NCBI GenBank assembly: GCA_963726615.1
Contig: CAVSCX010000015.1
Location: 13,822 to 77,821, forward strand
Direction of reading: 5' to 3'
Source: an uncultured Actinomycetota bacterium
Lineage (GTDB): Bacteria; Actinomycetota; Actinomycetes; JACCUZ01
Length of the DNA: 64,000 bases
Shown: positions 47,773 through 56,668 of the stretch, piece by piece
How positions within the stretch are numbered: the stretch's first letter is position 1
Layout: the number at the start of each line of letters is the position of its first letter
Translations under genes and position numbers: made by a program
The notes under the pieces: model-generated
What the model was told of the DNA's origin: nothing
Databases searched by the model: none
Seen by the model: the letters and a program-made list of their open reading frames with translations, nothing else

Positions 47773-49348
47773 AGCCGCTCGGCGGCCTCGCGCTCGCGAC
47801 GGTCGCGGTCCTCCGCCTCCCGTGCCTCGGCCGCAGCCGCCTCGGCGGCGGCCTTCTCCTCCTCCTTGGCCAGGCGGCGGGCCTCGGCGCGCTCGGCGCG
47901 CGATGCCGCTTCCTTCTGTGCGAGCGCCTCCAGCTCCCGGTGCAGGATCTCCGCCTCTTCCAGGCGCTTCCTCTCGGAGGAGACCCGGACCCGCTCTGCC
48001 TCCCGGGCGGCGTCCTCCTCGGCCAGCCGGGCTGCCTCACCCGCCGCCACCCGCTCTGCTGCGCGACGACCGGTCTCCTCGGCCGCAGCCTGCTCGACGG
48101 CCAACATCTCGGCGGCCTGACGTCGGGCCTTCTCGGCCTTCTCGGCCTGCTCGGCCGCTGCCTGCTCGGCCGCTGCCTGCTCGGCCGCTGCGGTGTCCTG
48201 CTCCGCGGTGTCCTCGAGGTCGGCCACGGCGACGACCGGCAGCACCAGCTCGGGCCCGGCCGCGTCGACCGGCTCCAGCTCGTCCAGCGTGTCCAGCTCG
48301 AGCACCAGCTCCTCGACCGTCGCCTCGTCCGCCAGGGCGGTGGCAGCGCCGCCGTCCTGTGCGGCCGGGACTGCAGCGTCCCTGTCGTCCTCGCCGTCCT
48401 CGGCGCCGGGGCCGTCGACGCCGACGAGCCCGGCTTCGACAAGCCGCATGACGACCTGGCCGGCCTCGAACAGCGTGAACCCGCACTCGACAGCCAGCTC
48501 GGCGACGTCCCGGGTCCCGTCGACCTTGCACAGGAGGGCCCACTCGTTCGGGCCCAGAGCGACCTCGTCGGAGGGAGACGCGGCGTCCAGCATCGGTACC
48601 GCGGCAGGCCCCCCGGTGGCGGCGACGATGGTCTCCCACGTGGTGGCCCGCTCGCGCAGGTCGTCCAGCAGCACCGCGACGGGCGCGGGCGGGGCGACGT
48701 CCTGGCGGGTCTTCTTGTTCTTGCGGAACTTCCAGGCGGCGACCGGCCAGCCCAGCAGGTCGGTGAGTCCGTCCTTGAGCTGCTCGACGACGAACTCCTC
48801 GACCACGGAGACCTCGACGTAGCCCAGGTGCACGAGCAGCTCGCCCAGCCGCCAGCCCTGCAGCTCGGTGCGCTGGATCTCCAGCGCCTCGGCGAGTGCC
48901 TCAGGGGTCAGGGCGCCGCGGGACATCAGCCGGACACCGAGCAGGACCCGGCGGCCGGGGACGCTGACGGCGTAGACCTGACCGTCGCGCAGGTAGACCT
49001 CGGCCTCGTCGCCCTCCTGGTCGCGGACGAGGAGGCAGCCGGTGGCCCGCGAGTCGGCCAGGTCGCGCAGCACGGACTCGACGGTGTGGGTGAGGAGGGC
49101 ACCCTCAGGCACGAGCTGCCTCCCTTCCCCGAGTTGTGGACGTGCCGGGCCGGACCACGCGTCGCTCCGCTCTCGCGGCGGTCGCCCGGTCCCTGATCGC
49201 ATCGGCAGGACCGGCCGGAGTGTTGAGTGCGGTTCGCGCACCAATGTGCGGTACAACCGGCTCCCGCCGACCCTCTGCGCGCGCGAGGCCCGGCGCGGTT
49301 CGCCTGAGTCCGCTCCGGCGCCGCCTCCGGACGTGACACGATGCTCCG

Positions 49349-50221
49349 GTGGCACCGTCGCCTGCACCTCCCCGCACGCTGATCACGGTCGCGCCCACCG
49401 GGGCCGAGACCGCGAAGTCCGACGCGCCTGCCCTGCCCGTCACCCTCGACGAGCTGGTCTCCGCCGCCAAGGCCTGCGAGGCGGCCGGCGCCGCCATGGT
49501 GCACGTGCACATCCGCGACGACGAGGGCCGCCCGACCCTCGACCTGGGCCGCCTCCGGGCGACCGTCCAGGCCCTGCGCGAGTCCACGTCGCTCGTCGTC
49601 CAGCTCAGCACCGGCGGTGCGGTGACCGACCCGCTGGACGCGCGGCTTCGGGTCCTCGAGGCCGAGCCCGACTCGTGCTCGCTGACCTGCGGCACCACGA
49701 ACTTCGGCGACGACGTCTTCCTCAACCCGTGGCCGTTCATGGCCGACCTCTTCCAGCGCAGCCAGGCGGCCGAGGTGGTCCCCGAGTTCGAGCTGTTCGA
49801 CCTCGGGCACGTCGCCTCGCTGCACCGCCTGCTCGACACCTACGGGGCGCCGTACGGCGGGCAGGTGCACTGCGACCTGGTGATGGGCGTGCCCGGTGGG
49901 ATGCCGGGCACGGCGGCGGCCCTCGTGGCCGCGGTCGCAGCACTGCCGGCCGGGTGCTCGTGGAGCGCCACCGGCATCGGCCGGACCTCGCTGGCCGTGG
50001 CCCTCGCGGCGCTGTCGGCCGGCGGGCACCTGCGGGTCGGCATGGAGGACACCTTGACCTTCGCCCGGGGCCGCCCGGTCACCGGCAACGAGGAGCTCGT
50101 CGCGCGAGCGGCCCAGCTCGCGGAGCTGGCCCAGCGACCGCCCATGAGCACCGACGAGGCGCGCGCCCTGCTGCGCGTCAAGGACCGAACGACACCCGAG
50201 AGCACGGGGGAGCCCCGATGA
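49349..50221 (+). CDS. 3-keto-5-aminohexanoate cleavage enzyme family protein (BKACE/DUF849)
   Basis: ...[14 protein letters not shown]...[16 protein letters not shown]...FELFDLGHV... characteristic of BKACE TIM-barrel enzymes. Confidence 0.8.
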   Translation: MAPSPAPPRTLITVAPTGAETAKSDAPALPVTLDELVSAAKACEAAGAAMVHVHIRDDEGRPTLDLGRLRATVQALRESTSLVVQLSTGGAVTDPLDARLRVLEAEPDSCSLTCGTTNFGDDVFLNPWPFMADLFQRSQAAEVVPEFELFDLGHVASLHRLLDTYGAPYGGQVHCDLVMGVPGGMPGTAAALVAAVAALPAGCSWSATGIGRTSLAVALAALSAGGHLRVGMEDTLTFARGRPVTGNEELVARAAQLAELAQRPPMSTDEARALLRVKDRTTPESTGEPR

Positions 50222-50769
50222 CGACCAGCCACGAGCCCTACCCCAACGGTCGGCGCCGGATCGACAAGGTGCTCGCCGAGGACTTCGCCGCAGATGTCGG
50301 CGGTCTCGACCTCGACGAGCTCCGGTCCCGCCGTCGGGAGGCCGAGCAGGAGGAGGCGGACCTCTCCTACGTCCGCAGGATGCTGCAGGGCCGGATGGAC
50401 ATCCTGCGCGCCGAGCTGGCCCGCCGGGCCGGGGGCGGCGACAAGATCGTCGAGCACCTCTCCGCGGTGCTGGCCGACTCCGCCCGCAGCGACCACGGAC
50501 TCGGCAGGTTCCTGCGGGTCGAGCCGTCCCGGGTCGACGAGCACCGCCGGCTGGTGGAACAGGTCATCGCCGACGTCGGCGTCTCCGACGTCGAGGGCCG
50601 CTCCGACGACGACCTGCGCGCGGCCCTCGGGCGCCTCGAGAAGTTCGAGCACGGCGTCTCCGAGGACCGGCGTGCCGTCCAGTCCGTGATGGACGCCCTC
50701 ACGGCCGAGGTCGCGGCGCGCTACAAGAGCGGCAGTGCGACGGTGGACGACCTGCTCGCGGAGCGCTAG
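50218..50769 (+). CDS. RsiG-like c-di-GMP-binding anti-sigma factor homologue
   Basis: ATGA overlap with the BKACE gene. 183 aa. Two exact E(X)3S(X)2R(X)3Q(X)3D motifs: residues 46-61 EADLSYVRRMLQGRMD and 144-159 EHGVSEDRRAVQSVMD, on predicted helices. Confidence 0.7.
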   Translation: MTTSHEPYPNGRRRIDKVLAEDFAADVGGLDLDELRSRRREAEQEEADLSYVRRMLQGRMDILRAELARRAGGGDKIVEHLSAVLADSARSDHGLGRFLRVEPSRVDEHRRLVEQVIADVGVSDVEGRSDDDLRAALGRLEKFEHGVSEDRRAVQSVMDALTAEVAARYKSGSATVDDLLAER

Positions 50770-50851
50770 ACCACCGTTCGCGACCCGCCGGTTGCTCGCC
50801 TTCCAGCGGGGGCCCCGACTGCTGTCGGGAACGCCCTTCTAGGGTCACGGG

Positions 50852-51823
50852 GTGGTCGACACCCCGCACGCTCCTCAGACCGTCGGTCCCGTCGTCGTCG
50901 CCGAGGTCGTGCGCTCGGGCTTCGTCGAGGGCCACCACCACGGCAGCGTCCTGGCGCTGGCCGCCGACGGCAGCCGGGTGCTGGCTCTCGGTGCGACCGA
51001 CGTCCCGGTCTTCCCGCGGTCCTCGAACAAGCCGCTGCAAGCCGTCGGCATGCTCGAAGCCGGGCTCGACCTCGACGGTGAGCTGTTGGCCCTGGCCTGC
51101 GCGAGCCACTCCGGCGAGCCGTTCCACGTCGAGGGTGTACGGCGGGTGCTCAGCGCCGCGGGGCTCGACGAGTCGGCGTTGCAGACACCGGCGGACTGGC
51201 CGGTGGACGACGCCGAGAAGCTCGCCCTGGCCGCCGCCGGAGGGCGGCCCGCCCGCGTCCTGATGAACTGCTCCGGCAAGCACGCCGCGATGCTGGCCAC
51301 CTGCGTCGCGAACGGCTGGCCGACGGACACCTACCTCGACGGCGACCACCCGCTGCAGGCCGGGCTCGCCCGGACCGTCGAGCGGCTGGCCGGCGAGCCG
51401 GTCACCGCGACCGGTGTCGACGGGTGCGGCGCCCCGCTGTTCGCGCTGACTCTCGCCGGGCTGGCTCGGGCGTTCGCCGCCGTCGCGACCGCGGCCCCTG
51501 GCACGCCGGGGAACCGGGTCGCCGCGGCGGTCCGGGGCCATCCGACGTGGCTCGGAGGCACCCGCCGCGACGTCACGGCGCTGGTCGCCGGCGTCCCCGG
51601 GCTTGTCGCCAAGGACGGCGCCGAGGGCGTCTACGCCGCCGCACTCCCCGACGGTCGGGTCGTCGCGCTCAAGGTTGACGACGGCGGCCAGCGTGCGCGA
51701 CCGCCCGTGATGGCGGCGGCGCTGCGCGCGCTCGGTGTGGACGCGACCGTTCTCGCCGAGCAGGCCGAGACCCCGCTGCTCGGCGGTGGCCGAACGGTCG
51801 GGTCGGTCCGGGCGACGTTCTGA
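50852..51823 (+). CDS. asparaginase-family protein (PF06089-type)
   Basis: ...PVFPRSSNKPLQAVGMLEAGL...NCSGKHAAMLATC... conserved motifs. Confidence 0.8.
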   Translation: MVDTPHAPQTVGPVVVAEVVRSGFVEGHHHGSVLALAADGSRVLALGATDVPVFPRSSNKPLQAVGMLEAGLDLDGELLALACASHSGEPFHVEGVRRVLSAAGLDESALQTPADWPVDDAEKLALAAAGGRPARVLMNCSGKHAAMLATCVANGWPTDTYLDGDHPLQAGLARTVERLAGEPVTATGVDGCGAPLFALTLAGLARAFAAVATAAPGTPGNRVAAAVRGHPTWLGGTRRDVTALVAGVPGLVAKDGAEGVYAAALPDGRVVALKVDDGGQRARPPVMAAALRALGVDATVLAEQAETPLLGGGRTVGSVRATF

Positions 51824-51848
51824 CCGGCGTCCGGCGGGGAGCGTCGCG

Positions 51849-53216
51849 GTGAGCGAGCAGCGGCAGAGCGCCGAGGTCGTCGTGGTCGGCGCCGGCTCCG
51901 GCGGCCAGCCGGTGGCCCAGGCCCTGGCGGCCGACGGGGTCGACGTGGTGGCGGTGGAGGCGTTCCGGGTCGGGGGCGAGTGCCCGTACGTCGCCTGCAT
52001 CCCGAGCAAGGCCCTGCTGGTCGCCGCCGCGGCCGGAGTCGACTGGGCCGAGGCCGTGCGCCGCCGCGACGAGGCCGCCGAGCACCGCGACGACACCGGC
52101 ACGGCGAGGTCGATGGTCGATGGCGGTGTCCGGCTGCTCCGCGGCACCGCCACCGTGGCGGCCCCGGGGTCCCTCGCGGTGGTGACGCCCGCCGGCGACA
52201 GGGTCCTGCTGCGATGGACCGGGGCGCTCGTGCTCGGCACCGGCAGCCGGCCTGTGGTCCCGCCGGTCGACGGCATCACCGCCGTCGAGACCTGGGGGAG
52301 CGCGGACGCCTTGTCGACAGGTCAGTGCCCGGACCGCCTGCTGGTCCTCGGCGGTGGCGCCGTCGGCTGCGAGCTGGGCCAGGCCTTCGCCCGGCTCGGC
52401 AGCCGGGTGACCATGGTCGAGGTCGCGCCCCGGCTGCTCGCAGCCGAGCAGCCGTGGGTCGGCCACGCGGTCGCCCGGGCACTGCGGTCCGACGGGGTCG
52501 TGGTGCACCTGGATGCGGAGGCCACCCGGGTGGAGCGCGCGGACGACGGAGCGGTCCGGCTGCATCTGGCCGGCGGCGAGGTGATCGAGGCCGACCGGCT
52601 GCTTGTCGCCGGGGGGCGCCGGCCGAACGGCGACGGCCTCGGTCTCGAGGCGCTCGGGGTTCGACCCGACGGGGGTGCCCTGAGGGTGGACCCGCGCTGC
52701 CGGGTGCTGACGGAGGACGGCCCGCTCGACGACGTGTTCGCCGTCGGCGACGTGACCGACGTCGCGCCGTACACCCACACCGCGAGCTACCAGGCCGAGA
52801 TCGTGGTCGACCAGCTGCTGGGCCGGGGGCGCGACGCCGACTACCGGGCGATCCCGCGGGTCGTCTACACCGACCCGGCGGTCTCGTGCGTCGGCGAGAC
52901 CCAGCAGACCGCCGGTGGCGACCTGGTCACGGCGGCGTTCGACGTCGCGGACACCGCACGCGCGTTCGTCGAGCAGCCGGAGGTGGCCGGCCGGGTGGAG
53001 CTGCTGGCCCGTGCGGACGGCACCCTCGTCGGCGCCGCGGTGGTGGCCCGGGCGGCCGACTCCTGGGCCGGCGAGCTGGCGCTGGCGGTCCGCGCCGGCC
53101 TGCCGGCCGCCCTGCTCGCCGACCACGTGCACCCGCACCCGGCCTGGTCCGAGGCGCTGCATCCCGCGGCCCGCGAGCTGGCGAAGAGGGTCGCTGCCGT
53201 CGGCGGCGCCAACTAG
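51849..53216 (+). CDS. FAD/NAD(P)-binding pyridine-nucleotide-disulfide oxidoreductase (dihydrolipoamide-dehydrogenase/mercuric-reductase-like)
   Basis: GTG start with GGGGA RBS. VVVVGAGSGGQPVAQAL (FAD GxGxxG), GGECPYVACIPSK (redox-active CxxxxC), LLVLGGGAVGCELGQ (NAD), C-terminal dimerisation HPHPAWSE. Confidence 0.8.
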   Translation: MSEQRQSAEVVVVGAGSGGQPVAQALAADGVDVVAVEAFRVGGECPYVACIPSKALLVAAAAGVDWAEAVRRRDEAAEHRDDTGTARSMVDGGVRLLRGTATVAAPGSLAVVTPAGDRVLLRWTGALVLGTGSRPVVPPVDGITAVETWGSADALSTGQCPDRLLVLGGGAVGCELGQAFARLGSRVTMVEVAPRLLAAEQPWVGHAVARALRSDGVVVHLDAEATRVERADDGAVRLHLAGGEVIEADRLLVAGGRRPNGDGLGLEALGVRPDGGALRVDPRCRVLTEDGPLDDVFAVGDVTDVAPYTHTASYQAEIVVDQLLGRGRDADYRAIPRVVYTDPAVSCVGETQQTAGGDLVTAAFDVADTARAFVEQPEVAGRVELLARADGTLVGAAVVARAADSWAGELALAVRAGLPAALLADHVHPHPAWSEALHPAARELAKRVAAVGGAN

Positions 53217-53228
53217 GTTCGGACGGAC

Positions 53229-54089
53229 GTGAGCACCATCGAGCTGTACGACGACGAGGTCCGCCTGCCCGGCGGCCCGCGCCTGGCGCTGCGCCGCGCC
53301 GACGGTGCCGGCCGACCCTTCCTGCTCGTGCACGGCCTGTCGTCCAACGCCAGGCTGTGGGACGGCGCCGCCCGCCGGCTCGCGACGGCGGGCCACCAGG
53401 TCGTCGCCGTCGACCAGCGCGGCCACGGCCGCTCCGAGCAGGTCGACGTCGGCTACACCACGCCGCAGTGCGCAGCCGACCTCGCCGCCCTGTGCGCGGA
53501 GCTGGGGCTCACCGGCGAGCGGGCACCCGTCGTGGCCGGCCAGTCGTGGGGCGGCAACGTCGTCCTCCACCTCGCCGTCGAGCACGGCGGTGTGGCCGCG
53601 GCGGCCTTCGTGGACGGCGGGTTCATCTGGCTCGCCGAGCGGTTCGCGACCTTCGACAAGTGCTGGGCCGAGCTCGCACCGCCGGTCATGGCCGACGTGA
53701 GCATGGCCGAGCTGACGGCGAGGTTCCGCTCCTGGTTCGCCGGCTTCCCGCCGGAGGGCCTCGAAGGACAGCTGGCCAACCTCACGGAGGTCGACGGCGT
53801 CGCCCGGGCCCGGCTGACACGCGAGCACCACCGGGAGATCGTCCGGTCGCTGTGGGAGGTCGACCCACGGCCGCTGTTCGGCAAGGTCGAGGTGCCGTCG
53901 CTGCTCGCCGTCGCCGTGCCAGCCGACGGGGAGGACCCGAGGGAAGGACCGCGGGTCGCCGAGGAGCTGCTGCCCGACGTCGTCGTGTCGCGCTACGTGG
54001 GCGCGCACCACGACCTGCACGCGCAGCATCCGGACCGGATGGCTGCCGACCTGCTCGACCTCGCCACGCGGGCGGAGGCGGCTCGGTGA
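53229..54089 (+). CDS. alpha/beta-hydrolase fold protein
   Basis: ...FLLVHGLSSNARLWD...VAGQSWGGNVV (nucleophile elbow GxSxG)...AHHDLH. Confidence 0.8.
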   Translation: MSTIELYDDEVRLPGGPRLALRRADGAGRPFLLVHGLSSNARLWDGAARRLATAGHQVVAVDQRGHGRSEQVDVGYTTPQCAADLAALCAELGLTGERAPVVAGQSWGGNVVLHLAVEHGGVAAAAFVDGGFIWLAERFATFDKCWAELAPPVMADVSMAELTARFRSWFAGFPPEGLEGQLANLTEVDGVARARLTREHHREIVRSLWEVDPRPLFGKVEVPSLLAVAVPADGEDPREGPRVAEELLPDVVVSRYVGAHHDLHAQHPDRMAADLLDLATRAEAAR

Positions 54090-55345
54090 GCCGGCTCGTG
54101 GTGATGGGATCCGGCGAGACGGCGCCGACCATGGTCAAGGTGCACCGCGAGGTGTTCGAGGACTGCCCGCCCGGCCCGGCCGTCATGCTCGACACGCCCT
54201 TCGCGTTCCAGCGGAACCGGGACGAGCTGGTGGCCCGAACCCAGTCGTACTTCGCGCAGAGCGTCGGTCGCGAGGTGTCGGTCGCGGTGTGGTCAGGAGA
54301 GGAGGACGCCGCCCAGCAGGAGAAGTCTCTCGCCCTGCTCGACCGGGCAGCCTGGGCGTTCGCCGGCCCCGGCAGCCCGACGTACGCCCTGGGCAGGTGG
54401 CGCGGCACGCCGGTGCCCGCGGCGCTGCTCGGCGTCGTACGCCGCGGCGGCACCGTGGTCCTCGGCAGCGCTGCCGCGCTCACGCTGGGCAGCCATGCCG
54501 TGCCGGTCTACGAGATCTACAAGGTCGGCGCCGAACCCGAGTGGGTGCCAGGGCTCGACCTGCTCGGCGAGCTCACCCGGGTCGCTGCCGCCGTCATCCC
54601 GCACTACGACAACAAAGAGGGCGCCACCCACGACACCCGGTTCTGCTACCTCGGCGAGGAGCGCCTCGCCGCGATGGAGGCCCAGCTGCCGGACGAGGTC
54701 GGCGTCCTCGGTGTGGACGAGCACACCGCACTGGTGATCGACGTCGTGGCGCGGACCGCGACGGTCTCGGGCAACGGCCTGCTCAGCGTGCGGCGCCGGG
54801 GTGCCACGACGACCTTCGCGGCCGGTGAGTCGCTCGGTCTCGACGACCTGTCCGCGATGCTGCGAGGCGAGCAGGCGACGCTCGCTGCTGCCGTCGCAGC
54901 CCCGGCGGCGGGCGTCGAGGAGGCCGCCGACGTCGATTCGCCCGCGCTGTCGCTGCGGGCCGAGGCGGACCAGGCTCGCGCGGACTTCGAGGCAGCGCTG
55001 AGCAGCCGCGACGTGGACGGCTGCGTCGCCGCCGTCCTCGGGCTGGAGCAGGCGATCGCCGCGTGGCAGGCCGACACGCTGCAGAGCGACGACGCGGACG
55101 AGGCGCGGCGGGTGCTGCGCGCCCTGGTGGTTCGGCTCGGCGAGCTGGCCGAGCGCGGTGCGGCCGACCCCAGGCAGGCCGTCGGGCCGTTCGTCGACGC
55201 ACTCATCGACGTACGCCGGGCCGCCCGCGACGCGAAGGACTTCGCCACCTCGGACCTGGTGAGAGACCGTCTCGTCGCTGCCGGCGTCGAGGTCCGCGAC
55301 ACCGCCGAGGGCACCGAGTGGACCCTCTCGCCCGACGGCGCCTGA
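54086..55345 (+). CDS. two-domain hypothetical: N-terminal peptidase-S51/cyanophycinase-like (class I glutamine-amidotransferase-like) domain + C-terminal cysteinyl-tRNA-synthetase-type DALR-2-like domain
   Basis: GTGA overlap with the hydrolase. N-terminus VVMGSGETAPTMVKVHREVF...IPHYDNKEG. C-terminus ...DFATSDLVRDRLVAAGVEVRDTAEGTEW resembles the CysRS C-terminal domain. Confidence 0.55.
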   Translation: MSRLVVMGSGETAPTMVKVHREVFEDCPPGPAVMLDTPFAFQRNRDELVARTQSYFAQSVGREVSVAVWSGEEDAAQQEKSLALLDRAAWAFAGPGSPTYALGRWRGTPVPAALLGVVRRGGTVVLGSAAALTLGSHAVPVYEIYKVGAEPEWVPGLDLLGELTRVAAAVIPHYDNKEGATHDTRFCYLGEERLAAMEAQLPDEVGVLGVDEHTALVIDVVARTATVSGNGLLSVRRRGATTTFAAGESLGLDDLSAMLRGEQATLAAAVAAPAAGVEEAADVDSPALSLRAEADQARADFEAALSSRDVDGCVAAVLGLEQAIAAWQADTLQSDDADEARRVLRALVVRLGELAERGAADPRQAVGPFVDALIDVRRAARDAKDFATSDLVRDRLVAAGVEVRDTAEGTEWTLSPDGA

Positions 55346-55410
55346 CCCGCGGCACGCTCAGGGCCTGCCCTTTGTGAGCAGAGTCACCCGAACAGTTGCT
55401 TGCTGAGTGC

Positions 55411-55439
55411 TTGCCACAGTTAGCACCCTGGGTAAGACT
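55411..55439 (+). promoter_or_regulatory. candidate sigma-A-type promoter giving a leaderless transcript
   Basis: TTGCCA(-35)-16/17 nt-TAAGAC(T)(-10) ends about 7 nt before the ATG at 55446. Confidence 0.3.
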
Positions 55440-55445
55440 CGGGAC

Positions 55446-55955
55446 ATGGCAACGCTGAAGGTCGGCTCGTTGGGTGAGTACATCCGCGAGCAACGCGAGT
55501 CGGCACAGGTGTCAATGCGCCAGCTCGCGAAGTCCGCCGGCGTCTCCAACCCGTACCTCAGCCAGATCGAGCGCGGGCTCAAGCGGCCCAGCGCCGAGAT
55601 CCTGGCCCAGATCGCCAAGGGCCTGCGGATCTCGGCCGAGAGCCTCTACGTCCACGCCGGGTTCCTCGACGAGCGCTCCGGCGGCGACGTCGTGGCGGCG
55701 GTGCTCGCGGACACCGCACTGGGGGACCGCCACAAGCGCGTCCTGATCGACGTCTACGAGTCGTTCCGCGCCGAGCACGCGGCGGAGCAGGCGCGGGGCG
55801 CGACCCCGGTGCGCCGGACCGCCACGACGCCACGGTCCACCGCGAGGAAGGCGGCCGCCACCAAGCCGTCCGCCGGGAAGAAGTCGGCGGCCGCGAGCAA
55901 GCGCGCCGCCACCACGACCACCACCAAGTCCACCACCACGAGGAGGAGCTCCTGA
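55446..55955 (+). CDS. XRE-family HTH transcriptional regulator with Lys/Ala/Thr-rich C-terminal tail
   Basis: ...IREQRESAQVSMRQLAKSAGVSNPYLSQIERGLKRPSAEIL (HTH_3) then ...ARKAAATKPSAGKKSAAASKRAATTTTTKSTTTRRSS. Confidence 0.75.
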   Translation: MATLKVGSLGEYIREQRESAQVSMRQLAKSAGVSNPYLSQIERGLKRPSAEILAQIAKGLRISAESLYVHAGFLDERSGGDVVAAVLADTALGDRHKRVLIDVYESFRAEHAAEQARGATPVRRTATTPRSTARKAAATKPSAGKKSAAASKRAATTTTTKSTTTRRSS

Positions 55956-56503
55956 TGAGCCCCATCACCACGATCACTCGCAGCAAGCCGTTCTACGTCG
56001 TCGCGGGTGCGACCGACCTGGCCGTGAAGAACCTGCGTCAGGTGCCCACCAAGCTCTCGACGGTCAAGATCGAGCGCCGCGACCTCGAGAAGGCCGCCGC
56101 GACCCTGCAGGCCGAGGCCGTCGCCCTCCCGAGCAAGGCGCAGGCCAGCGCGCTCGGCCTCACCGGCGAGGTCGTCGGTCGTGCGGACGCCGTGTACGGC
56201 GAGCTGCTCGGCCGCGGTCGCAATGTCGTCGGCCGGATCCGTCGCCAGAAGGCCACCCAGGACCTGAAGAAGGACGCTGCTACCACCGTCCGCCGTACCA
56301 AGGCCACCCGCACCGTCGCCAAGACGTCGGCCGCCGAGACCACCAGCACCGCGAAGAAGGCCGCCAAGCGCACGACCACCGCGGCGAAGAAGCGGGGCAC
56401 CACCACTCGCAGCACGGCCAAGTCGGCAACCACCGCGGCGCGCAAGACCAGCAAGTCGGCCGCCCGTGCCACCCGGGCCGGCGCCGCCAAGCTCGGCAGC
56501 TGA
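55955..56503 (+). CDS. HbhA-like (heparin-binding-haemagglutinin family) protein with Lys/Ala/Thr-rich C-terminal tail
   Basis: TGATG overlap. AGGAGGAG RBS. N-terminus ...PFYVVAGATDLAVKNLRQVPTKL resembles the HbhA N-terminal helix. Tail AKKAAKRTTTAAKKRGTTTRSTAKSATTAARKTSKSAARATRAGAAKLGS. Confidence 0.55.
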   Translation: MSPITTITRSKPFYVVAGATDLAVKNLRQVPTKLSTVKIERRDLEKAAATLQAEAVALPSKAQASALGLTGEVVGRADAVYGELLGRGRNVVGRIRRQKATQDLKKDAATTVRRTKATRTVAKTSAAETTSTAKKAAKRTTTAAKKRGTTTRSTAKSATTAARKTSKSAARATRAGAAKLGS

Positions 56504-56668
56504 CCCACCGGTCGACGGTCAGCCGGGACGCCTGGCGGACCGGTCGGCGCAGAACGCACGACACGGTACGACCGGGCCCCGGTCGCGGATCCACCTCCGC
56601 GGCCGGGGCCTCGTCGTCCGCGTCTCCCTGCCCCCGGCGTGATCCCTAGGCCCTGATGCTGTCGGACA

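Larger units (their letters stand above)
46228..49112 (-). pseudogene. large DUF4388-domain protein with extensive tandem-repeat/coiled-coil region, with frame broken by a 1-nt indel at about 46770
   Basis: GTG start at 49112 with GGGAAGGGAGG RBS. N-terminus [51 protein letters not shown] matches the DUF4388 pattern. Acidic linker, then 10 copies of a 19-aa unit EETAWADHA(A/T)WL(E/A)(G/A)(E/Q)RA(A/G)A, then [13 protein letters not shown] repeats. The true C-terminus (...[31 protein letters not shown]...[11 protein letters not shown]) is in the 46228-46521 frame. One copy of the 45-bp repeat lacks a G (46770/46771), shifting the frame. Confidence 0.7.

Noticed and set aside
46250-48451. 733-aa plus-strand ORF and several other ORFs in alternative frames across the repeat region
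   Set aside because: Translations are poly-Arg/Pro/Ala repeats, generated by reading the 45/57-bp repeats in wrong frames or the opposite strand. The minus-strand DUF4388 frame has recognisable domain and repeat structure.
49042-50217. Upstream part of the 575-aa ORF 49042-50769
   Set aside because: Same frame as the RsiG-like gene but overlaps the well-supported BKACE gene in another frame with nonsense composition. The ATG at 50218 with ATGA coupling is the real start.
51669-54029. 786-aa minus-strand ORF
   Set aside because: Antisense to the oxidoreductase and hydrolase genes. No motifs.
56566-56590. GC hairpin CGACCGGG-c-CCCGGTCG downstream of the HbhA-like gene as a terminator
   Set aside because: Short stem, no U-tract and about 60 nt from the stop. 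Plausible but too weak to list as a feature.
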